A DNA stretch of 64,000 bases, from positions 6,262,001 to 6,326,000 of the forward strand of contig CM069154.1 in NCBI GenBank assembly GCA_035221665.1, read 5' to 3'. Below, piece by piece: positions 12,843 to 24,752 of this stretch. The stretch's first letter is position 1; every line of letters begins with the position of its first letter. Position numbers and translations under genes: made by a program. The notes below the pieces were generated by a model. That model saw nothing but the letters and a program-made list of their open reading frames with translations. It had not been told where the DNA came from and did not search any database. Origin of the DNA: Okamejei kenojei. Lineage: Eukaryota.

Positions 12843-13669
12843 AGCTCCCATGCCGCTAACCAGGGTTCAATCCTTGTTCTTGCCAGCAAAGTAAGTTGAA
12901 GGATAAGTCAGACAATCACACGTTGGCACAGCAGGTAGAGCCGCTGCCTCATAGCATTCGAGTCCCGGGTTCGATCCTGACCTTGGGTGCTGTCTGTGTG
13001 GAGTTAGCACGTTCTCCCTGTGACCATGTTCGTTTCTTCCGGATGCGCGGATTTCCTCCCACATCACAAAGACGCGTGGGTTTTGTAGGTTAATTGGCCC
13101 TCTGCACATTCACCCTCGTGTGGAGGGAATGGATGCGAAAGTGGTCGGTGTGGGACTCGGTGGTCCGAAGGACCTATGCCATGCTGTATCGCTCTATAAA
13201 TGAGTTTAGCGAGTGCAGTTTAGTGTGCATTCTGATATTTGGATGATTGTAAACTGTTGATGGGAAGAAGATGATAATTTACACGAGAGACTAGTGGAAC
13301 AGCCAACACACTGGATATGGATTTTAGTAACAGATGGGGTGAGACAGTGATGAAAGAATAATATATGGGAGACTGTGTTGAATATGAGAAGGATCGTTAG
13401 CACAGGCCTCTGAACTGCATGAAATGTCACCCTCTCAGAGGTTTGCATTCCCAGTCAAACTAATTATCCGTGAGAAACAAGTGTTGCTCACGCTCTGAAT
13501 ACCCGGAGATACCAGAGAACCAGTCCCCAGAGGTCAACAGACTGCGTTCAGTCCTCCCCGGGCAAGCCAGCCCGCTTCCCACTCCCACTTCAAGGATCAG
13601 TAACTCTCTCCCCACCCTGCTCTCTCTCTCTCTCTCTGCCCCGTCAATGCGCCCCCACCCCAAGCAGCC

Positions 13670-14665
13670 ATTGTCTAACCTCCGTCCGGCAGCCAGTCAG
13701 CCTCTCCACCCGGACATTTCCCCGGTGATAAGGAGACTAAACTCTTCTTTCGCCCCATCAGCCGTCGCACACAGCACATAGTCCTCCGACATTTTCGCCA
13801 CCTACAACGGGATCCCACAACAAGCCACATATTTCGATCTCCACCGCTTTCTGCTTTCCGACGAGACCGTTCCCTCCGCAACCCCCTGTTCAACTCGTCC
13901 TTTCCCACCCAAACCACCCCGTCCCCATGTACCTTCCCCTACAACTGCAGGAGATTCAACACCAGACCCTATATATCCCCCATCTACTCCGTCCAAGGGC
14001 CTCAACAGTCTTTTCGGGTGAGGCTGAGGTTCACTTGCATCTCCTCTAACCTCATCCTCTATCTCCGCTGTTCCATGTGTGAACAAGCGGATATAGTAGA
14101 TGGGAGACCAAGCGCGGACTCGGCGACCGTTTCGCTGAACAACTCCGCTCAGTCTGCCTCGGCCTTCGCTACTTCCCGATTGCTAAGCACTTTTATTCCC
14201 CCTCCCATTCCCAAACTGATCTTTCTGTCCTGGACCTCCTCCAGCGTCAGAGTGAGGCCAAAGGCAAATTGTAGGAACAGCGCCTCATATTTCCCGTGGG
14301 CAGCTTACAACCCAGCGGTTTGAATATTGACTTATCTAACTTCAAGTAACCCTTGCTTTACTCCTGCCTCCATCCCGCCCCCAACCGAAGCCTCCAATCA
14401 GTTTCACTGGTTTCCTGATTATATTTTACTGATTGTATGCCTCGGTGTCACCTTCCCTTCAGCTGACAATGATCCATTCTACATTTTCCTTTAACATTGT
14501 CATCTTTGATCACTTGTTTTAACACCTTACCCTTCCATTTCTCTTCTGTCACCCCGAACATGACTGTCAGGCTGAAGGAAGGTCTCGACCAGAAACGTCA
14601 CCCATTCCTTCTCTCGAGAGATGTTGCCTGCTCCTCTGATTTACCCACCATTTTGTGTCTATCTT
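13670..14665 (+). mobile_element. Penelope-like element, 5'-truncated (GIY-YIG region and pLTR)
   Basis: RFTCISSNLILYLRCSMC..., followed by a pLTR containing ctgaaggaaggtctcgaccagaaacgtc; homologous to 50990-51880. Confidence 0.85.
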
Positions 14666-14699
14666 AATGCGGTCGTGATTAGTTTTCGCGTTTAAATTT

Positions 14700-15420
14700 C
14701 AAAGCATTAGATAGGGTTATTGGCACGCTGGTCTTCATCAGTGAGACATTCAGATCATAATTTGGGACAATATGCTTCAGATGTGCAGATGTTGAGTCCA
14801 CACTTTGGGAATTGTGTTCAGCTTTCGTCCCGCAGCTCCAAGAAAAGTGCCTTTGAGGTGGACGACGCTGCCTGGGCAGGATGGAATTGACACGGGGAGC
14901 GATTGGACAAACTCAGACTACAGTCCTTGGTGTGGAAATGATTGAGCGAGTAACTTATAGAAATGTATCAATCACGAGAAGCATATTCATTGTCCCACGA
15001 TGTGTGGAATCAAAAAGTGGAGGACTGACGCAATGGGAACTATTAAAAGGGAGGAATAGTAAGGAGCCATTGACCGTAATGGCATGTTTTGCACAGATGA
15101 GTGGCCGAAGCTGAACACAATTCGCCCAAGTTCGACCTCATCAACAAATGTACAACTGAAACAAAATATCCCAACTTATGTTCTGAGGGACAACATTTTC
15201 CACACATTGGGTAATATGTACATGGAACCTGCTGCCAGGGGGAAGTTGTAGAGGCATTAAGAATAACAGCATTTCAAATAAATGTTGGATATTTGCGTAG
15301 ATTGGGATCATTGCGAGTGATAAATGAGAAACGCGGACATATGGAAATGTTCTAGAAACACATGTTGGTCGGCATTAATGAGCTGTTATGATGGGCATCT
15401 TTCGGTTCCCTATAACTCAA
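14700..15420 (+). mobile_element. Old degraded CR1 3' fragment (similar fragments lie in the V-C2 introns at ~16940-17830 and 27240-27870)
   Basis: Residual CR1 ORF2-tail and 3' UTR similarity. Confidence 0.6.
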
Positions 15421-15580
15421 ACCTTCTTCGGTTTCTGTGCTTCGCACACTCACAGAGATGTAGACGAGCCGATGAGATATCACCCGGCTCGTCGGGCTGA
15501 GATAAAGGGCTGCTGAGATTTAGCATTGTTTGTTTTTAACTGTTCATACAGGTGACTGAATGTTTGTTCCATTCCCACAG

Positions 15581-15901
15581 AAGCTGTGTCCGCTCCTGTG
15601 CTCAGATATCTGTCACCAGCAAATGCCTCACGTCTCGGAGGCTCAGTGTCAGTGTCGTGTGAGTCTGTCCGTTGATCCCTTCCCATCCAATACACATGGT
15701 TTGAGAAGAACGAGTATTGGGTTTCAACGATCTTGAAAAGCAATCAACTGGATCTGAGTTGTGAAATCCTCAGAGGTGAACACCTTCGATATTACTGCAC
15801 AGCCTCAAATAATCGTGGGACAAAATCCAGTGAAATAGTCAAGGTGAAAGTCTTCAAAGGAGCAGGAACGTGCAGTTATGTGACAGAAATGAACAATGCA
15901 G
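15581..15901 (+). pseudogene. Receptor gene B, first Ig C2-like exon with in-frame stop
   Basis: cccacag|AA...GCAG|gtgagt, 321 nt, phase 1-1; EAVSAPVLRYLSPANASRLGGSVSVSCESVR*SLPIQYTW...YYCTASNNRG; TGA at 15673-15675 where paralogues have GGA (Gly). Confidence 0.9.
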
Positions 15902-16562
15902 GTGAGTGTTCCTCTCATGTCACTGAACCTGCTGTTATTCACCTTGTGGTGATGTTCGTGGATTTATTGTTAGTTGCAGACGGCATCATTTCAGCCACCG
16001 TGAGCTTATGGTGTAAAATGCGAGAGTGTGTTTGGGGGACTGGCAAATAATTGCCTGTTGCTTTCACCTGGGAGGTGTTGAGTTTCGAAAGGAGAGAAAG
16101 GCCTGCACTTATCACAACGGGTTGAGTGCATTCCATCAAATTCCTGCCTTCTGCCTTAAAAATGATTTTCTGGCTGCCGCTTAATGTCTTTGGAACCATC
16201 ATCATTTATTACCAAGGATGTACAATTTCATGATCATGTTTATGATATTTACTCTGTTAATTTGTGTTAAACTCCAGTAATTTCACAAAATTAAAGTGGA
16301 ATCTACTTGGCCGTCACTCCATCAAGTATAACCCTTACTCTTCGCCATTCACACCCACATTGGCTGGGAAGCGCTTTGGAACGACCTGTGCAGATGGTGA
16401 GGGACGGTGTACAGTATCTGACTCTCATCGCAATCTAGGTGGAATAATACAGTTAAGAAAATCATTAGGCGGACTCCCCTGTACTCATTGATGTATACTA
16501 TAATGTATATATTTGTGAAAGGCTAATTTTGCTCTTCAATTTATGAAAGATTTTTCCTTCAG

Positions 16563-16880
16563 TTTCAGGTGCACTGTGGGCAGAGAGCGAAGTACGAGGG
16601 GTTGTGGGAAGAGCAATCACAATCGATTGTCACTTTGCAGCAGTGTACCGCTCACACATGAAATACTGGTGCCCTGGGACAAGTCGCCAGTGTACACATG
16701 TAGTGGAAACAACTGGGAAACATGGACAGAGCGGAAGAGTGTCAATCACAGATAACCCGGCACGAGGAATATTTACTGTGACTGTGGAGGATCTTCATTC
16801 TGGAGATACAGGATGGTACAGTTGTGGAATTACTACACCTGGCGAACCAACATTTAAAGTACATCTCCAAGTATCTGAAG
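16563..16880 (+). CDS. Receptor gene B, Ig V exon (CD300/pIgR/TREM type)
   Basis: ttccttcag|TTTCAGGT...GAAG|gtaggt; VSGALWAESEVRGVVGRAITIDCHF...KYWCPGTSRQC...DTGWYSCG, with the extra C-C' cysteine pair. Confidence 0.9.
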
Positions 16881-17955
16881 GTAGGTTTCTCCGTGAGTGA
16901 CTTCATGTCTCCACTATTCATCCGCATAAAACCTTTCTTGGGTCACATATGGGAGTCTGGCGCGCAGTTCTAGTCGCCTCTTCATAATACAAAAGATGTG
17001 AAAGGTTTGCAGAAAAGGTTCATCGGGATATTTAATTGTAGTTTACAAATGCAATATGGAAACGGATCCTTTGGCCCACCGAGTCCATACCTACTAGCGA
17101 TCACCGGTCACACTAGTTCTATGTTATTCCACTTTCCCAGTCGCTCCCTACACACAAATTTACAATACCGCCATTCACACACCTCATTAGTGCAACAGTA
17201 TCACTATCAACAATTTTATGCAAGGAAATTAAAACGTTGTTGATAGTTATAGTGTTGCAATAATGAGGTGTTTGAATGTTGGTATTGTAGAATTGTGGCA
17301 GAGTTTCAGATTAAAGAGATTAACTGCAGATGCTGAAATTGTAAAACAATGACAGATGGTGCTGCTGTGTACTGGTACAGTGGCAGACATGGTTGTTCGG
17401 CAGCTGGGACGATGGAGAGACACTGAGATGTTCAAATCTGGTAAATTGTGAGGAGAAGGAGCAGCGAAGACTTACAAGGATGTTGCGATGACTTGAGGGC
17501 CTGACATACAGGGAGGACCTGAGCAGATTAGGACTTTATTTCTTGGAGCGCAGGAGGATGAGGGATGATCTTATGGAAGGTAAAAAATCATGCGAGGAAT
17601 AGATCGATTAAACACACATGAAATGAGGTACATGAAATGAACTGCCGACAGAAGAAGTTATGGCAGGTACTATCGTAACATTTACGAAAATATTTGACGG
17701 GTACTTGAATAGGATATGTTTAGAGGGTTAAGGGCCAAGAAAGGGCAGGTGGAACTAGTGTAGATTGGGCATGTTGGTCAGCGCGGGCAAGTTAGACCGA
17801 ATGGCCTGTTTCTACGCTGTATGCCTCTGTGATTGTATGTAGATGGATGGGTCAGATTCCAACCTGGCGGCTCTGGCTAAGATATGGTGGATATTGGCGC
17901 GTGTTTGATTTTCAGATGTTCACCTAGTGTCTGATTGTTTGCTCCTTTCCCACAG

Positions 17956-18276
17956 AACCCGTGTCTGTTCCTGTGTTTGGATTTCTGTCACCAGATAATG
18001 TCTCCTGTCTCGGGGGCTCAGTGACAGTACCTTGTGAGTCGGTCAGTGGATCCCTTCCCATTAGCTACAGCTGGTATGAAAAGACCCCATCTGTAGATAC
18101 AAAGATCTCAGACCAAAATGCCCTTGATCTACGTTGTCAATCCTTCAAACACCAGCGCCATCAATATTACTGCACAGCCTCAAATAAACGTGGATCAAAA
18201 TCCAGTGAAATGGTCAACGTGTCCATCTCCAGCAGTGGCGCTCCCTGCAGTATCCTAGTAAAAATCAACGGCACTG
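17956..18276 (+). CDS. Receptor gene B, second Ig C2-like exon
   Basis: cccacag|AA...ACTG|gtaagt, 321 nt, open; EPVSVPVFGFLSP...PCESVSGSLPISYSWY...YYCTASNKRG. Confidence 0.9.
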
Positions 18277-19802
18277 GTAAGTAGTGGAGGGAATGTGGAG
18301 AAGAAGGGGAGGTGGGGGTGGAGTGGTTCTTAAGATCACAAGTGATAGAAGCAGAAATAGACAAGTCAATCATGGCTGATCTATCTTCCGCTCTTCAGCC
18401 CATGGTCCTGCCTTCTCCCCAAAGCCCAGACACCTTGAAATCCATGCACGTTATTTAATTAACATCAATATTAAAACGATGGAATTATGGTCCATTTGTC
18501 AATACTTGGTTGCTGGGCTCCAGAAATAGATTTTCCAGTGCTGACGTCGGCCAGCTTCCTGGCTAGAACTACCTCTTATGTTTACACAGCTTTTATCTCG
18601 ATTTGCAGTGACATTAGTCCAAGCACATTGACTCTCCCACCACCATCTCCACATAGTCCACACTCAGATACGATAAGGGAATGAACATTATCAGTAAAAG
18701 TGGCCACAGTTAACTCCTACACGACGGTATCTCAGATTTGGTCCACTGTGTTAATGTTGACCGTTCTGTACCATCGATACTAATCCCATTTACCAACACC
18801 TCGTCCATTCTGGCAATTCAGATACCTCCACCTTCTAGATTTAAAAATATTTCTTGAAACATCCTGTTCCTGAACTTAACCCTATCGTATCCTTGAGACC
18901 CTTGAAACATCCGATTCCTGAACTTAACCCTATCCTTATCCACTTTTGCACATATCTGCCGTGCAAAATGTTCCAAAAATACCCTATCTACGCTGGTCAC
19001 AGTTTTGCACACTTATAATAGGTTCTCCCTTCCTCACCTGTTCTGCATGGAGTTTTATAAAACCCCTATCCAGTCCCTCCCCATAACTGTAATGTTTCAT
19101 CTCAAGCAATACTCCTCTCGAGTGAAATTGGACACTTTTGATTCGTTTATGGATACATCGTGGAAACCGGCTCTTCGGCCCAATGAGTAAACGTCCAGTA
19201 ATCACCAGTACACTAGTTCCATGGCGACAATTTACAGAAGCCAATTAACCAACAAACCTGCACGACTTCAGATTGCGGGGAAACTGGAGCGCTTTGAGAA
19301 AACCCACACGTTCACAGGGAGCAGGCATAAATTCCATACAGACAGCATCCGTAGTCCGGATCGAACCCGTGACCCTGGCGCTGTAAAGCAGCAACTCAAC
19401 TAATGCGTCGAGGCGACTGCGGACCGACAGGCCGTTGCCGCGCGGAATTTTTGAACACGGTCAGTTTTTCGGAGCCCCGCGCGATGTCGGGACCAGCTCC
19501 GCACAACTCCGCACGGCTCCGGCGATCGGTGTGGGACCGGCCCCGCGAGGCCGGATGGCTCAAGCGACCATGTTAGGTCGCGCTCACCGCATGGAGTCGC
19601 ATGCTGGTAGGACAGGCCCTTACCCACCGTCCCGTACTCGCCTGCTTGTCATGATAACATCTTCCATTTGCTGCAAATCACACTGAAGAATCATTACCCT
19701 GTATCTTAAGCCTATCAACTCCTTACATCGGACACCCATACTCTCTTGTGCAACTGCAAGTGAAAAGTAGTGAAACTGACTTTTATTTCCATGTTCCAAC
19801 AG

Positions 19803-19851
19803 GTCATGAATATTCTTGTGAAAATTCGATAACATCCAATTACTCTGCAAG
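19803..19851 (+). CDS. Receptor gene B, stalk exon
   Basis: ttccaacag|GT...GCAAG|gtaaac, 49 nt, phase 1 in / phase 2 out; (G)HEYSCENSITSNYSA. Confidence 0.75.
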
Positions 19852-20736
19852 GTAAACCGCTCTGTTTCCAATGAAAGTTACACTGTACTAATTGCTGGTG
19901 TTTTGATTGGGAATGCTTTAATTGGGGAACAGTTGTGCCTTCCTTTCGCTGGCATTGAATGGCGTGAGAGTATTGATCTGAATGCACAGTGGCACAGCCT
20001 GTAGAATTACAGCCTCACAACGCACGACCCTGGTTCATTAGGTGCTGTCCAAGTGTGGTCTGCATGTTTTCCCTTTAATTGTGTTGGTTTGATTTAAGTA
20101 CTCCAGTTTCCTCTCAGCTCCCAAAGAGTTGTAAGTTGCATATTGCCCAGTGTGTACAGGAAAGCGGTTGAAAATGTGGATAGGGGGTATGTGGGCGGCC
20201 GGAGGACTTAGGATATACGAACATTAATACCGCCGATATGAGCGAATCTCTAACCGAAATTTCGATCACGATTCCTCCATCCACACACTGACCGCTTAAT
20301 CCAAGTAATATCGAGGATGTGATATTGAGCATTATCATTTTTAATTAATTTTATTAACTGGCATCATCTGTTTCCATATTTATTGCCCCACCTGCTTTCC
20401 ACCATTAGAATTGATCTTTTTTTATTATTCCTGTATATCCATATGGATTTTATTATAATCTTCCTTGCAGCTGCATTTTCTTTCTTCCGGGGTATTACAC
20501 TGTTCTTCCACATCCCCAGTTTCCCTCTCCCGTGACTCCCAGTCTGAAGAAGGTTCTCGACCCGAAACGTCACAAATTCCTTCTCTCCAGAGATGCTGCC
20601 TCTCCCGCTCGGTTTCTCCAGCATTGTGTGGCTATCTACTCTGTATTCGCTGTATTCACTGCTCCATCTCATGACTTATTTATCTGTCTTCTCCGACTAC
20701 ATTTAACCGTGTAATTTCTCATTCCCAGTCTTGCAG

Positions 20737-20754
20737 CCATGCTCCAGCAATGAG
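20737..20754 (+). CDS. Receptor gene B, 18-nt mini-exon
   Basis: cttgcag|CCATGCTCCAGCAATGAG|gtcagt, phase 2-2, (S)HAPAM(S); conserved in the paralogue at 29509-29526. Confidence 0.6.
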
Positions 20755-20967
20755 GTCAGTAATTGGTGATCATGAGTTGTCCCCCCTCCCCCCCCCCCCC
20801 CCCCCCCCCCGGCCAACACTCGTTCTTTCCCCAAGCTGATCTCCATTGACTCTGCTGCTTCGCCCCGATTCACTTCACCAAGATTATGAAGCAAATAACA
20901 GCTAAATGTTTCAAAGATTAACCGTCTCGTTTCCTCCCAGTGACTGTATCTCTTGCCCTTTGCCCAG

Positions 20968-21058
20968 TTACATCTCATGGAAAGTGGGGCGCTGGCTGCT
21001 CTTTCTCCTGCTTGTGATCTGGAGTATCTCAACCGCGGTGTTCACAAGAGGCTCTAAG
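20968..21058 (+). CDS. Receptor gene B, TM exon with basic residues (activating type)
   Basis: tttgcccag|T...AAG|gtaggt; YISWKVGRWLLFLLLVIWSISTAVFTRGSK. Confidence 0.85.
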
Positions 21059-21660
21059 GTAGGTTTTATTGTCGTCATGTTCGTAAATGATAGGAGCAGA
21101 ATTAGGCCATTCAGCCCATCATATCTAATCCGCCCCCAATTCACTCTCGAATCCATTCTTCTGCCTTCTCCCCATAACTCTTGACAGCCTTATTTATCAA
21201 GAATAAGAAAATCTCCGCCTTAAAAATATCAATTGATTTGGACAGATACAAAAATGCTGAAGTAGCTCGGCGGGACAGGCAGCATCTCCGCTGTGAATTG
21301 ACCTTGCCTCCACAGCCTCCTGTGGTAATAAAATCCATAGATTCACCACCCTCTGACCAAAGCAATCACTTCTCATCGCCGAATGTATCCAAACGATTTC
21401 CATTAATGCTTTCAAATATCCCGTCCATTGATAGAAACAAAAATCGTGCACGTTTTCATATCCTGAAATTAAACCAAACCTCTATGTAGATGAGAGCACG
21501 GGGTCTTTTCAGGTTGTGCATGTGCAGGGTGGATTTCTGTGCCCGGTGTGGATTCATTGGGGTCCATCTTCCAGACAGCAATGTGTTGGGGGTGGTCGGG
21601 TCAAATAAAGCGTGGTTCCCACTGTCAGTCAGTCTGATGACTTCACATTGTCTTTTGCAG

Positions 21661-21708
21661 AGACACGATGAGTCCGAATCTCGCCACTCGGCCCACGAAT
21701 TAAAATGA
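21661..21708 (+). CDS. Receptor gene B, terminal exon (short tail without tyrosine)
   Basis: tcttttgcag|AGA..., phase 0; RHDESESRHSAHELK*. Confidence 0.75.
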   Translation, partial: RHDESESRHSAHELK

Positions 21709-22911
21709 AGACTCCTAGCTTGCACCAACAGTGAGAGAATTCTGCACCGCGATGAAATATTTATGCATCATCCTGCTTTGTCAACAGATATCAATTGGAT
21801 AGAATATACGTCTCTTGCAATTCAACTAATTATTTAATGAAAGTGACTTCAAAGCAATGTTCCAAACTTTCCAAACCATATCTGTTTTTATAAAACTCAT
21901 TTCCCGCACTGATCTTAATTTTTGTCACCTCCTCCAAGGTTTCTTTCGTCAACTTCGATTGTTGTTTTAACCTTTGCATGGTTTCCGTTGCTCCAGCATC
22001 TTATACTCTGTTAAACTATATTATATGCATTCACACGCCTGGGAAAAATGTTTTCACTGATTAATGAATAATAATGCATCAGAATCGTTCTTAATAAATT
22101 GCTATTGTCGGTAAATGGTTTGTCTAATTTGTTTTGTGTAGACTGCAACTTTAGTGATGAAGAACAGACTGCAATCAGACTGCTGGACAATCCTCCTGTT
22201 GCCAAGCATTAAAGGCGTTTAGGAAAGGCAATCAATGAATCTTTCACTCCATGCTATTCTATCAGGACAAAATTATGCAACGACATTGTTCAGACGATTA
22301 GCATTATTTTTCGCTCCACATATGTTGACTGACGCGCAAAGCACATCCAACATCTGCAGAATTAATTTCCGATATGCAAATAATTTTTAGGTTGGAACGA
22401 ACTGCAGATGCTTGTTTAAACTGAAGATAGACATAAATTGCTGGGGTAACTCAGCGTGACAGGCGGCATCTGTAGATCGATCAAGGTTGGTTTAGGCGGA
22501 CTGAGCTGCAGTGTTCAGCGAAACAATCGCCGAGCCTGCGCGTGTTCTCGCTTCTCGGCGATCGTTTCACTAAACACTCCTGGGCATCCTCCATTGTCAT
22601 AGTGAGTCCCAGCGCAAATTGGAGGAACAGTACCTCATATTTCGCTTGGGCAGCTTACACCCCAGCCATGTGAACATTTACTTCTCTAACTTCAAGTAAC
22701 CCCTGCATTCCTTCTCAATCCACCCCCCCCCCCTCCGATTAGTTCTCCGATTAATCTGACAGTCTCTGACTACATTTTATCTCTAATCGCTTTGTTACCT
22801 TCTCCCAGCTAACAATGAGGTATTCAACATTTTCCTTTGATCTGCATACCCTTTGCCCCATTTTCACACCTTACAGTTCCTTATCCAAGTATCTCCGTCT
22901 CCCCTGAACTT

Positions 22912-22945
22912 AGTCTGAAGAAGGGTCTCGACCCGAAACGTCACT
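22912..22945 (+). ncRNA. Minimal type-I hammerhead ribozyme motif in a Penelope pLTR (representative intact copy)
   Basis: agt-CTGAAGA-a-GGGTC tc GACCC-GAAAC-GTC-act: CUGANGA and GAAA cores, stem II, an ACGU palindrome in place of stem III, GUC cleavage triplet, agt/act stem I. Confidence 0.7.
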
Positions 22946-24588
22946 CATTCCTTTCACCCAGAGATGCTGCCTGTCCTGATGAGATACTCCAGCATGTTGA
23001 CAACAATATTTTTTTGATTAAGTGATTGAAAGATACAGCATGGATACAGACCACTTGGCCCACCTAGTGCACGTCAACCAGCAATCAACCCTTTCACACT
23101 GGTTCTATGTCACCCCACTTTCGCGTCTTTTGAGTACCGTAATATTGATAAACATTTTAATGCTGCAACGAGTTATTCATTCTGTCCACCGTGCAAATGT
23201 GTTAAAGGACTATAAATAATGGCTACGGTGGCGCAACAGTAGACTTGCTGTCTTCCCGAAGACCCGGGTTCGATCCCGACTACGGGAGCTGGCTGTACGG
23301 AATTTGTACGTTCCACTGTGACCACGTGGATTTTCTTCGCTATCTTCGGTTTCCTCTCACACTCCATAGACGTACAGGTGTGTAGGTTAATTGGCTCGTT
23401 ATAAATGTAAATTGTCCCCAGTGTGTGTGGGGTAGTGCTAATGTGCGGAGATTGCTGGTCAGTGTGGACTCGGTGGGCCGAAGGGTCAGTTTCCGCGCTG
23501 TATCTCTAAACTAAACTAAACTAGTTGAAGGTCTAATCTTGTGGAGAACAAAATGGTTGAGTTGCAGTTTGCAAAGCGCGGGGTGTGAAACTGCAAATAC
23601 AATGTGTTGCTTTCCCCAGTCTGATTTGTGACTGTAACCCCGCCCATGAAAGAACTATGAAGGATGTTGTTTGAAAATAAGAAATAGTGACCTGCAATAA
23701 CGGAGTAACCACCATAAAGTTCGGATGCCACAGATAGACACGACATACTGGAGCAACTCAGCGGGACAGGCACCGTTGTTTTTAGAGGTGGGTGCTGGCT
23801 TGGAATGTACTTTAATTTAAAATGTTCAAACACTAATTTCTTTCTTTACACTGAATTGTTCTGCAGTGCTGACACTTTGCTCGCGCTGCTGATACAAGGG
23901 TGTGTAGATTCGTATCTTTGAACCGTGTCTTGCGAGCAGCTCGATGTAACACTGTTTGCTGAGCCGTTTTTTGCAGAAATCAGGGTCAAAGCAGGACGAG
24001 GATTAAATTAAATTGTTTTGCTGCATTGTCAGTTCCTGTCTGCAGCGTTTTTGGGAGGAAACGGGAAATAGCTAAGAACCAAAAGATCCTTTTCCGAGAG
24101 TCGCCAACGCTCAGCTAACATCAGTGGCGGACACATCAGTGTGTTGCACCGATACCACGTGATACACAACATTGCCACAGATGTACACAACCCGAATAAA
24201 CTGCACTGTTCCCTGAAAGTAACACACCCAGGACCATACCCGCAGCAGATGACATGTTATATTATCATGCAACCATTTTCGTACAAAATTTAATTAATCA
24301 TCGCAAACAGATGTACAAAGTCAGCAAATTATAATTACATGCACACAACTCTGCTAATTTATTAGCTCTGAATTACAATTGGGCAGGTCCATGGATAAGA
24401 AAGGTATGGGGAGATATGGGTCAAACGTGGGCAATTTTGACTAACTTAGATAAGCATCTTGGTCTAACGCGTTGGGGAGAAGTGCCTGTTTCCGCGCTAT
24501 ATGTCTCTGTTACAATCTGACCCAACCATTTGTTAAATATAACCCTGAGCCTTTCACACTGTAACGTGTCGAGCTGCCGCTGGCTCGC

Positions 24589-24612
24589 TGTGGTTCACGA
24601 TCTGACTTCCTG
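24589..24612 (+). promoter_or_regulatory. RUNX (TGTGGTT) and ETS (ACTTCCTG) motifs ~100 bp upstream of the gene C ATG
   Basis: Consensus matches at 24589-24595 and 24605-24612; function inferred only. Confidence 0.45.
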
Positions 24613-24703
24613 ATGCTATCTTCTTCATTGCTATTAGAGAGATGCGGTTGTATCTGAGAGCTCAGAGCTGAGCGACAGACAGACAAGTGCTGGCCTTGTC
24701 ACT

Positions 24704-24752
24704 ATGGATAAAGCAATGTGGATTCTCATTCTTCTCATCTCCTCGCTGCGCG
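24704..24752 (+). CDS. Receptor gene C, leader (signal peptide) exon
   Basis: MDKAMWILILLISSLR, donor G|gtgagt, phase 1; joins VSDAVW at the start of the V exon; alternative ATG at 24716. Confidence 0.85.

Larger units (their letters stand above)
20270..24190 (+). repeat. Tandem gene-duplication unit (3' end of gene B plus spacer), paralogous to ~29180-32465
   Basis: Colinear intron, exon and 3' flank homology, e.g. 23530-23720 vs 31400-31595 and 24090-24185 vs 32370-32465. Confidence 0.9.

Noticed and set aside
15951-15998. Hydrophobic MFVDLLLVADGIISAT|gtgagc as a leader for the gene B V exon
   Set aside because: It ends in phase 0 while the V exon needs phase 1, and it does not resemble the family leader at 24704.
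18590-18726. Pro/Ser/Thr-rich stretch resembling a mucin-like stalk exon of gene B
   Set aside because: It has an in-frame TGA at 18682 and a weak donor; the 19803-19851 exon has better splice sites and gives the needed phase 1-to-2 transition.
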